Source of the DNA: Naegleria gruberi
Taxonomy: Eukaryota
DNA length: 64,000 bases
Assembly: GCA_000004985.1 (NCBI GenBank)
Contig: GG738853.1
Direction: 5' to 3' (one strand)
Shown: positions 54,701 to 64,000 of the stretch, one piece after another
Layout: every line of letters starts with the position of its first letter
How positions within the stretch are numbered: position 1 is the first letter of the stretch
The notes under the pieces: model-generated
Database searches by the model: none
What the model saw: the letters and a program-made list of their open reading frames with translations, nothing else
What the model was told of the DNA's origin: nothing
Made by a program: the position numbers and the translations under genes

Positions 54701-57700
54701 NNNNNNNNNNNNNNNNNNNNNNNNNNNNNNNNNNNNNNNNNNNNNNNNNNNNNNNNNNNNNNNNNNNNNNNNNNNNNNNNNNNNNNNNNNNNNNNNNNNN
54801 NNNNNNNNNNNNNNNNNNNNNNNNNNNNNNNNNNNNNNNNNNNNNNNNNNNNNNNNNNNNNNNNNNNNNNNNNNNNNNNNNNNNNNNNNNNNNNNNNNNN
54901 NNNNNNNNNNNNNNNNNNNNNNNNNNNNNNNNNNNNNNNNNNNNNNNNNNNNNNNNNNNNNNNNNNNNNNNNNNNNNNNNNNNNNNNNNNNNNNNNNNNN
55001 NNNNNNNNNNNNNNNNNNNNNNNNNNNNNNNNNNNNNNNNNNNNNNNNNNNNNNNNNNNNNNNNNNNNNNNNNNNNNNNNNNNNNNNNNNNNNNNNNNNN
55101 NNNNNNNNNNNNNNNNNNNNNNNNNNNNNNNNNNNNNNNNNNNNNNNNNNNNNNNNNNNNNNNNNNNNNNNNNNNNNNNNNNNNNNNNNNNNNNNNNNNN
55201 NNNNNNNNNNNNNNNNNNNNNNNNNNNNNNNNNNNNNNNNNNNNNNNNNNNNNNNNNNNNNNNNNNNNNNNNNNNNNNNNNNNNNNNNNNNNNNNNNNNN
55301 NNNNNNNNNNNNNNNNNNNNNNNNNNNNNNNNNNNNNNNNNNNNNNNNNNNNNNNNNNNNNNNNNNNNNNNNNNNNNNNNNNNNNNNNNNNNNNNNNNNN
55401 NNNNNNNNNNNNNNNNNNNNNNNNNNNNNNNNNNNNNNNNNNNNNNNNNNNNNNNNNNNNNNNNNNNNNNNNNNNNNNNNNNNNNNNNNNNNNNNNNNNN
55501 NNNNNNNNNNNNNNNNNNNNNNNNNNNNNNNNNNNNNNNNNNNNNNNNNNNNNNNNNNNNNNNNNNNNNNNNNNNNNNNNNNNNNNNNNNNNNNNNNNNN
55601 NNNNNNNNNNNNNNNNNNNNNNNNNNNNNNNNNNNNNNNNNNNNNNNNNNNNNNNNNNNNNNNNNNNNNNNNNNNNNNNNNNNNNNNNNNNNNNNNNNNN
55701 NNNNNNNNNNNNNNNNNNNNNNNNNNNNNNNNNNNNNNNNNNNNNNNNNNNNNNNNNNNNNNNNNNNNNNNNNNNNNNNNNNNNNNNNNNNNNNNNNNNN
55801 NNNNNNNNNNNNNNNNNNNNNNNNNNNNNNNNNNNNNNNNNNNNNNNNNNNNNNNNNNNNNNNNNNNNNNNNNNNNNNNNNNNNNNNNNNNNNNNNNNNN
55901 NNNNNNNNNNNNNNNNNNNNNNNNNNNNNNNNNNNNNNNNNNNNNNNNNNNNNNNNNNNNNNNNNNNNNNNNNNNNNNNNNNNNNNNNNNNNNNNNNNNN
56001 NNNNNNNNNNNNNNNNNNNNNNNNNNNNNNNNNNNNNNNNNNNNNNNNNNNNNNNNNNNNNNNNNNNNNNNNNNNNNNNNNNNNNNNNNNNNNNNNNNNN
56101 NNNNNNNNNNNNNNNNNNNNNNNNNNNNNNNNNNNNNNNNNNNNNNNNNNNNNNNNNNNNNNNNNNNNNNNNNNNNNNNNNNNNNNNNNNNNNNNNNNNN
56201 NNNNNNNNNNNNNNNNNNNNNNNNNNNNNNNNNNNNNNNNNNNNNNNNNNNNNNNNNNNNNNNNNNNNNNNNNNNNNNNNNNNNNNNNNNNNNNNNNNNN
56301 NNNNNNNNNNNNNNNNNNNNNNNNNNNNNNNNNNNNNNNNNNNNNNNNNNNNNNNNNNNNNNNNNNNNNNNNNNNNNNNNNNNNNNNNNNNNNNNNNNNN
56401 NNNNNNNNNNNNNNNNNNNNNNNNNNNNNNNNNNNNNNNNNNNNNNNNNNNNNNNNNNNNNNNNNNNNNNNNNNNNNNNNNNNNNNNNNNNNNNNNNNNN
56501 NNNNNNNNNNNNNNNNNNNNNNNNNNNNNNNNNNNNNNNNNNNNNNNNNNNNNNNNNNNNNNNNNNNNNNNNNNNNNNNNNNNNNNNNNNNNNNNNNNNN
56601 NNNNNNNNNNNNNNNNNNNNNNNNNNNNNNNNNNNNNNNNNNNNNNNNNNNNNNNNNNNNNNNNNNNNNNNNNNNNNNNNNNNNNNNNNNNNNNNNNNNN
56701 NNNNNNNNNNNNNNNNNNNNNNNNNNNNNNNNNNNNNNNNNNNNNNNNNNNNNNNNNNNNNNNNNNNNNNNNNNNNNNNNNNNNNNNNNNNNNNNNNNNN
56801 NNNNNNNNNNNNNNNNNNNNNNNNNNNNNNNNNNNNNNNNNNNNNNNNNNNNNNNNNNNNNNNNNNNNNNNNNNNNNNNNNNNNNNNNNNNNNNNNNNNN
56901 NNNNNNNNNNNNNNNNNNNNNNNNNNNNNNNNNNNNNNNNNNNNNNNNNNNNNNNNNNNNNNNNNNNNNNNNNNNNNNNNNNNNNNNNNNNNNNNNNNNN
57001 NNNNNNNNNNNNNNNNNNNNNNNNNNNNNNNNNNNNNNNNNNNNNNNNNNNNNNNNNNNNNNNNNNNNNNNNNNNNNNNNNNNNNNNNNNNNNNNNNNNN
57101 NNNNNNNNNNNNNNNNNNNNNNNNNNNNNNNNNNNNNNNNNNNNNNNNNNNNNNNNNNNNNNNNNNNNNNNNNNNNNNNNNNNNNNNNNNNNNNNNNNNN
57201 NNNNNNNNNNNNNNNNNNNNNNNNNNNNNNNNNNNNNNNNNNNNNNNNNNNNNNNNNNNNNNNNNNNNNNNNNNNNNNNNNNNNNNNNNNNNNNNNNNNN
57301 NNNNNNNNNNNNNNNNNNNNNNNNNNNNNNNNNNNNNNNNNNNNNNNNNNNNNNNNNNNNNNNNNNNNNNNNNNNNNNNNNNNNNNNNNNNNNNNNNNNN
57401 NNNNNNNNNNNNNNNNNNNNNNNNNNNNNNNNNNNNNNNNNNNNNNNNNNNNNNNNNNNNNNNNNNNNNNNNNNNNNNNNNNNNNNNNNNNNNNNNNNNN
57501 NNNNNNNNNNNNNNNNNNNNNNNNNNNNNNNNNNNNNNNNNNNNNNNNNNNNNNNNNNNNNNNNNNNNNNNNNNNNNNNNNNNNNNNNNNNNNNNNNNNN
57601 NNNNNNNNNNNNNNNNNNNNNNNNNNNNNNNNNNNNNNNNNNNNNNNNNNNNNNNNNNNNNNNNNNNNNNNNNNNNNNNNNNNNNNNNNNNNNNNNNNNN

Positions 57701-60700
57701 NNNNNNNNNNNNNNNNNNNNNNNNNNNNNNNNNNNNNNNNNNNNNNNNNNNNNNNNNNNNNNNNNNNNNNNNNNNNNNNNNNNNNNNNNNNNNNNNNNNN
57801 NNNNNNNNNNNNNNNNNNNNNNNNNNNNNNNNNNNNNNNNNNNNNNNNNNNNNNNNNNNNNNNNNNNNNNNNNNNNNNNNNNNNNNNNNNNNNNNNNNNN
57901 NNNNNNNNNNNNNNNNNNNNNNNNNNNNNNNNNNNNNNNNNNNNNNNNNNNNNNNNNNNNNNNNNNNNNNNNNNNNNNNNNNNNNNNNNNNNNNNNNNNN
58001 NNNNNNNNNNNNNNNNNNNNNNNNNNNNNNNNNNNNNNNNNNNNNNNNNNNNNNNNNNNNNNNNNNNNNNNNNNNNNNNNNNNNNNNNNNNNNNNNNNNN
58101 NNNNNNNNNNNNNNNNNNNNNNNNNNNNNNNNNNNNNNNNNNNNNNNNNNNNNNNNNNNNNNNNNNNNNNNNNNNNNNNNNNNNNNNNNNNNNNNNNNNN
58201 NNNNNNNNNNNNNNNNNNNNNNNNNNNNNNNNNNNNNNNNNNNNNNNNNNNNNNNNNNNNNNNNNNNNNNNNNNNNNNNNNNNNNNNNNNNNNNNNNNNN
58301 NNNNNNNNNNNNNNNNNNNNNNNNNNNNNNNNNNNNNNNNNNNNNNNNNNNNNNNNNNNNNNNNNNNNNNNNNNNNNNNNNNNNNNNNNNNNNNNNNNNN
58401 NNNNNNNNNNNNNNNNNNNNNNNNNNNNNNNNNNNNNNNNNNNNNNNNNNNNNNNNNNNNNNNNNNNNNNNNNNNNNNNNNNNNNNNNNNNNNNNNNNNN
58501 NNNNNNNNNNNNNNNNNNNNNNNNNNNNNNNNNNNNNNNNNNNNNNNNNNNNNNNNNNNNNNNNNNNNNNNNNNNNNNNNNNNNNNNNNNNNNNNNNNNN
58601 NNNNNNNNNNNNNNNNNNNNNNNNNNNNNNNNNNNNNNNNNNNNNNNNNNNNNNNNNNNNNNNNNNNNNNNNNNNNNNNNNNNNNNNNNNNNNNNNNNNN
58701 NNNNNNNNNNNNNNNNNNNNNNNNNNNNNNNNNNNNNNNNNNNNNNNNNNNNNNNNNNNNNNNNNNNNNNNNNNNNNNNNNNNNNNNNNNNNNNNNNNNN
58801 NNNNNNNNNNNNNNNNNNNNNNNNNNNNNNNNNNNNNNNNNNNNNNNNNNNNNNNNNNNNNNNNNNNNNNNNNNNNNNNNNNNNNNNNNNNNNNNNNNNN
58901 NNNNNNNNNNNNNNNNNNNNNNNNNNNNNNNNNNNNNNNNNNNNNNNNNNNNNNNNNNNNNNNNNNNNNNNNNNNNNNNNNNNNNNNNNNNNNNNNNNNN
59001 NNNNNNNNNNNNNNNNNNNNNNNNNNNNNNNNNNNNNNNNNNNNNNNNNNNNNNNNNNNNNNNNNNNNNNNNNNNNNNNNNNNNNNNNNNNNNNNNNNNN
59101 NNNNNNNNNNNNNNNNNNNNNNNNNNNNNNNNNNNNNNNNNNNNNNNNNNNNNNNNNNNNNNNNNNNNNNNNNNNNNNNNNNNNNNNNNNNNNNNNNNNN
59201 NNNNNNNNNNNNNNNNNNNNNNNNNNNNNNNNNNNNNNNNNNNNNNNNNNNNNNNNNNNNNNNNNNNNNNNNNNNNNNNNNNNNNNNNNNNNNNNNNNNN
59301 NNNNNNNNNNNNNNNNNNNNNNNNNNNNNNNNNNNNNNNNNNNNNNNNNNNNNNNNNNNNNNNNNNNNNNNNNNNNNNNNNNNNNNNNNNNNNNNNNNNN
59401 NNNNNNNNNNNNNNNNNNNNNNNNNNNNNNNNNNNNNNNNNNNNNNNNNNNNNNNNNNNNNNNNNNNNNNNNNNNNNNNNNNNNNNNNNNNNNNNNNNNN
59501 NNNNNNNNNNNNNNNNNNNNNNNNNNNNNNNNNNNNNNNNNNNNNNNNNNNNNNNNNNNNNNNNNNNNNNNNNNNNNNNNNNNNNNNNNNNNNNNNNNNN
59601 NNNNNNNNNNNNNNNNNNNNNNNNNNNNNNNNNNNNNNNNNNNNNNNNNNNNNNNNNNNNNNNNNNNNNNNNNNNNNNNNNNNNNNNNNNNNNNNNNNNN
59701 NNNNNNNNNNNNNNNNNNNNNNNNNNNNNNNNNNNNNNNNNNNNNNNNNNNNNNNNNNNNNNNNNNNNNNNNNNNNNNNNNNNNNNNNNNNNNNNNNNNN
59801 NNNNNNNNNNNNNNNNNNNNNNNNNNNNNNNNNNNNNNNNNNNNNNNNNNNNNNNNNNNNNNNNNNNNNNNNNNNNNNNNNNNNNNNNNNNNNNNNNNNN
59901 NNNNNNNNNNNNNNNNNNNNNNNNNNNNNNNNNNNNNNNNNNNNNNNNNNNNNNNNNNNNNNNNNNNNNNNNNNNNNNNNNNNNNNNNNNNNNNNNNNNN
60001 NNNNNNNNNNNNNNNNNNNNNNNNNNNNNNNNNNNNNNNNNNNNNNNNNNNNNNNNNNNNNNNNNNNNNNNNNNNNNNNNNNNNNNNNNNNNNNNNNNNN
60101 NNNNNNNNNNNNNNNNNNNNNNNNNNNNNNNNNNNNNNNNNNNNNNNNNNNNNNNNNNNNNNNNNNNNNNNNNNNNNNNNNNNNNNNNNNNNNNNNNNNN
60201 NNNNNNNNNNNNNNNNNNNNNNNNNNNNNNNNNNNNNNNNNNNNNNNNNNNNNNNNNNNNNNNNNNNNNNNNNNNNNNNNNNNNNNNNNNNNNNNNNNNN
60301 NNNNNNNNNNNNNNNNNNNNNNNNNNNNNNNNNNNNNNNNNNNNNNNNNNNNNNNNNNNNNNNNNNNNNNNNNNNNNNNNNNNNNNNNNNNNNNNNNNNN
60401 NNNNNNNNNNNNNNNNNNNNNNNNNNNNNNNNNNNNNNNNNNNNNNNNNNNNNNNNNNNNNNNNNNNNNNNNNNNNNNNNNNNNNNNNNNNNNNNNNNNN
60501 NNNNNNNNNNNNNNNNNNNNNNNNNNNNNNNNNNNNNNNNNNNNNNNNNNNNNNNNNNNNNNNNNNNNNNNNNNNNNNNNNNNNNNNNNNNNNNNNNNNN
60601 NNNNNNNNNNNNNNNNNNNNNNNNNNNNNNNNNNNNNNNNNNNNNNNNNNNNNNNNNNNNNNNNNNNNNNNNNNNNNNNNNNNNNNNNNNNNNNNNNNNN

Positions 60701-63700
60701 NNNNNNNNNNNNNNNNNNNNNNNNNNNNNNNNNNNNNNNNNNNNNNNNNNNNNNNNNNNNNNNNNNNNNNNNNNNNNNNNNNNNNNNNNNNNNNNNNNNN
60801 NNNNNNNNNNNNNNNNNNNNNNNNNNNNNNNNNNNNNNNNNNNNNNNNNNNNNNNNNNNNNNNNNNNNNNNNNNNNNNNNNNNNNNNNNNNNNNNNNNNN
60901 NNNNNNNNNNNNNNNNNNNNNNNNNNNNNNNNNNNNNNNNNNNNNNNNNNNNNNNNNNNNNNNNNNNNNNNNNNNNNNNNNNNNNNNNNNNNNNNNNNNN
61001 NNNNNNNNNNNNNNNNNNNNNNNNNNNNNNNNNNNNNNNNNNNNNNNNNNNNNNNNNNNNNNNNNNNNNNNNNNNNNNNNNNNNNNNNNNNNNNNNNNNN
61101 NNNNNNNNNNNNNNNNNNNNNNNNNNNNNNNNNNNNNNNNNNNNNNNNNNNNNNNNNNNNNNNNNNNNNNNNNNNNNNNNNNNNNNNNNNNNNNNNNNNN
61201 NNNNNNNNNNNNNNNNNNNNNNNNNNNNNNNNNNNNNNNNNNNNNNNNNNNNNNNNNNNNNNNNNNNNNNNNNNNNNNNNNNNNNNNNNNNNNNNNNNNN
61301 NNNNNNNNNNNNNNNNNNNNNNNNNNNNNNNNNNNNNNNNNNNNNNNNNNNNNNNNNNNNNNNNNNNNNNNNNNNNNNNNNNNNNNNNNNNNNNNNNNNN
61401 NNNNNNNNNNNNNNNNNNNNNNNNNNNNNNNNNNNNNNNNNNNNNNNNNNNNNNNNNNNNNNNNNNNNNNNNNNNNNNNNNNNNNNNNNNNNNNNNNNNN
61501 NNNNNNNNNNNNNNNNNNNNNNNNNNNNNNNNNNNNNNNNNNNNNNNNNNNNNNNNNNNNNNNNNNNNNNNNNNNNNNNNNNNNNNNNNNNNNNNNNNNN
61601 NNNNNNNNNNNNNNNNNNNNNNNNNNNNNNNNNNNNNNNNNNNNNNNNNNNNNNNNNNNNNNNNNNNNNNNNNNNNNNNNNNNNNNNNNNNNNNNNNNNN
61701 NNNNNNNNNNNNNNNNNNNNNNNNNNNNNNNNNNNNNNNNNNNNNNNNNNNNNNNNNNNNNNNNNNNNNNNNNNNNNNNNNNNNNNNNNNNNNNNNNNNN
61801 NNNNNNNNNNNNNNNNNNNNNNNNNNNNNNNNNNNNNNNNNNNNNNNNNNNNNNNNNNNNNNNNNNNNNNNNNNNNNNNNNNNNNNNNNNNNNNNNNNNN
61901 NNNNNNNNNNNNNNNNNNNNNNNNNNNNNNNNNNNNNNNNNNNNNNNNNNNNNNNNNNNNNNNNNNNNNNNNNNNNNNNNNNNNNNNNNNNNNNNNNNNN
62001 NNNNNNNNNNNNNNNNNNNNNNNNNNNNNNNNNNNNNNNNNNNNNNNNNNNNNNNNNNNNNNNNNNNNNNNNNNNNNNNNNNNNNNNNNNNNNNNNNNNN
62101 NNNNNNNNNNNNNNNNNNNNNNNNNNNNNNNNNNNNNNNNNNNNNNNNNNNNNNNNNNNNNNNNNNNNNNNNNNNNNNNNNNNNNNNNNNNNNNNNNNNN
62201 NNNNNNNNNNNNNNNNNNNNNNNNNNNNNNNNNNNNNNNNNNNNNNNNNNNNNNNNNNNNNNNNNNNNNNNNNNNNNNNNNNNNNNNNNNNNNNNNNNNN
62301 NNNNNNNNNNNNNNNNNNNNNNNNNNNNNNNNNNNNNNNNNNNNNNNNNNNNNNNNNNNNNNNNNNNNNNNNNNNNNNNNNNNNNNNNNNNNNNNNNNNN
62401 NNNNNNNNNNNNNNNNNNNNNNNNNNNNNNNNNNNNNNNNNNNNNNNNNNNNNNNNNNNNNNNNNNNNNNNNNNNNNNNNNNNNNNNNNNNNNNNNNNNN
62501 NNNNNNNNNNNNNNNNNNNNNNNNNNNNNNNNNNNNNNNNNNNNNNNNNNNNNNNNNNNNNNNNNNNNNNNNNNNNNNNNNNNNNNNNNNNNNNNNNNNN
62601 NNNNNNNNNNNNNNNNNNNNNNNNNNNNNNNNNNNNNNNNNNNNNNNNNNNNNNNNNNNNNNNNNNNNNNNNNNNNNNNNNNNNNNNNNNNNNNNNNNNN
62701 NNNNNNNNNNNNNNNNNNNNNNNNNNNNNNNNNNNNNNNNNNNNNNNNNNNNNNNNNNNNNNNNNNNNNNNNNNNNNNNNNNNNNNNNNNNNNNNNNNNN
62801 NNNNNNNNNNNNNNNNNNNNNNNNNNNNNNNNNNNNNNNNNNNNNNNNNNNNNNNNNNNNNNNNNNNNNNNNNNNNNNNNNNNNNNNNNNNNNNNNNNNN
62901 NNNNNNNNNNNNNNNNNNNNNNNNNNNNNNNNNNNNNNNNNNNNNNNNNNNNNNNNNNNNNNNNNNNNNNNNNNNNNNNNNNNNNNNNNNNNNNNNNNNN
63001 NNNNNNNNNNNNNNNNNNNNNNNNNNNNNNNNNNNNNNNNNNNNNNNNNNNNNNNNNNNNNNNNNNNNNNNNNNNNNNNNNNNNNNNNNNNNNNNNNNNN
63101 NNNNNNNNNNNNNNNNNNNNNNNNNNNNNNNNNNNNNNNNNNNNNNNNNNNNNNNNNNNNNNNNNNNNNNNNNNNNNNNNNNNNNNNNNNNNNNNNNNNN
63201 NNNNNNNNNNNNNNNNNNNNNNNNNNNNNNNNNNNNNNNNNNNNNNNNNNNNNNNNNNNNNNNNNNNNNNNNNNNNNNNNNNNNNNNNNNNNNNNNNNNN
63301 NNNNNNNNNNNNNNNNNNNNNNNNNNNNNNNNNNNNNNNNNNNNNNNNNNNNNNNNNNNNNNNNNNNNNNNNNNNNNNNNNNNNNNNNNNNNNNNNNNNN
63401 NNNNNNNNNNNNNNNNNNNNNNNNNNNNNNNNNNNNNNNNNNNNNNNNNNNNNNNNNNNNNNNNNNNNNNNNNNNNNNNNNNNNNNNNNNNNNNNNNNNN
63501 NNNNNNNNNNNNNNNNNNNNNNNNNNNNNNNNNNNNNNNNNNNNNNNNNNNNNNNNNNNNNNNNNNNNNNNNNNNNNNNNNNNNNNNNNNNNNNNNNNNN
63601 NNNNNNNNNNNNNNNNNNNNNNNNNNNNNNNNNNNNNNNNNNNNNNNNNNNNNNNNNNNNNNNNNNNNNNNNNNNNNNNNNNNNNNNNNNNNNNNNNNNN

Positions 63701-64000
63701 NNNNNNNNNNNNNNNNNNNNNNNNNNNNNNNNNNNNNNNNNNNNNNNNNNNNNNNNNNNNNNNNNNNNNNNNNNNNNNNNNNNNNNNNNNNNNNNNNNNN
63801 NNNNNNNNNNNNNNNNNNNNNNNNNNNNNNNNNNNNNNNNNNNNNNNNNNNNNNNNNNNNNNNNNNNNNNNNNNNNNNNNNNNNNNNNNNNNNNNNNNNN
63901 NNNNNNNNNNNNNNNNNNNNNNNNNNNNNNNNNNNNNNNNNNNNNNNNNNNNNNNNNNNNNNNNNNNNNNNNNNNNNNNNNNNNNNNNNNNNNNNNNNNN
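18761..64000. other. Unsequenced gap: 45,240 consecutive N to the end of the window
   Basis: All characters are n. No biological content can be inferred. Confidence 1.

Overview
Only the first ~18.76 kb of this 64 kb window is real sequence. Positions 18761-64000 are a continuous run of N, and a separate 50-N scaffold gap lies at 18057-18106. The sequenced part is AT-rich (roughly one-third GC by eye), densely coding eukaryotic nuclear DNA. Genes sit on both strands with intergenic spacers of ~1-500 bp. Introns are few and short (43-227 nt) with GTAAGT donors and AG acceptors. By reading the six-frame translations I recognise the following. (1) A large unidentified helical protein whose ORF runs off the window edge and was absent from the supplied ORF track. 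(2) An AP-3 adaptor beta subunit with two exons, ending in an extreme poly-Glu tract. (3) A hypothetical PH-like-domain protein. (4) A pfkB-family (adenosine-kinase/ribokinase-like) kinase with two exons. (5) A two-pore-domain K+ channel with two TIGYGD filters and one intron. (6) A Cys/Trp-rich membrane protein. (7) A degenerate RCC1-like repeat protein. (8) A centromeric-type histone H3 variant (cenH3/CENP-A-like) whose histone fold is split by two tiny introns. (9) An ARMT1/DUF89 metal-dependent sugar-phosphatase-family protein. (10) A small secreted Cys-patterned (MRH-like) protein. (11) A phage tail-collar-domain protein fragment, sitting on a 654-bp sequence island between the two gaps. 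This gene content (AP-3, K2P channel, cenH3, E2F-type site) and the gene architecture are consistent with a compact AT-rich metazoan-like genome. A bdelloid-rotifer-like source would fit, but that is speculation. There are no rRNA, tRNA, CRISPR or obvious transposon features. The most notable points are the bacterial/phage-type tail-collar gene in eukaryotic codon context, and a perfect palindromic E2F-type site in the bidirectional promoter driving the cenH3 gene and the RCC1-like gene. I could not run homology searches; every family assignment rests on motifs recognised by eye.
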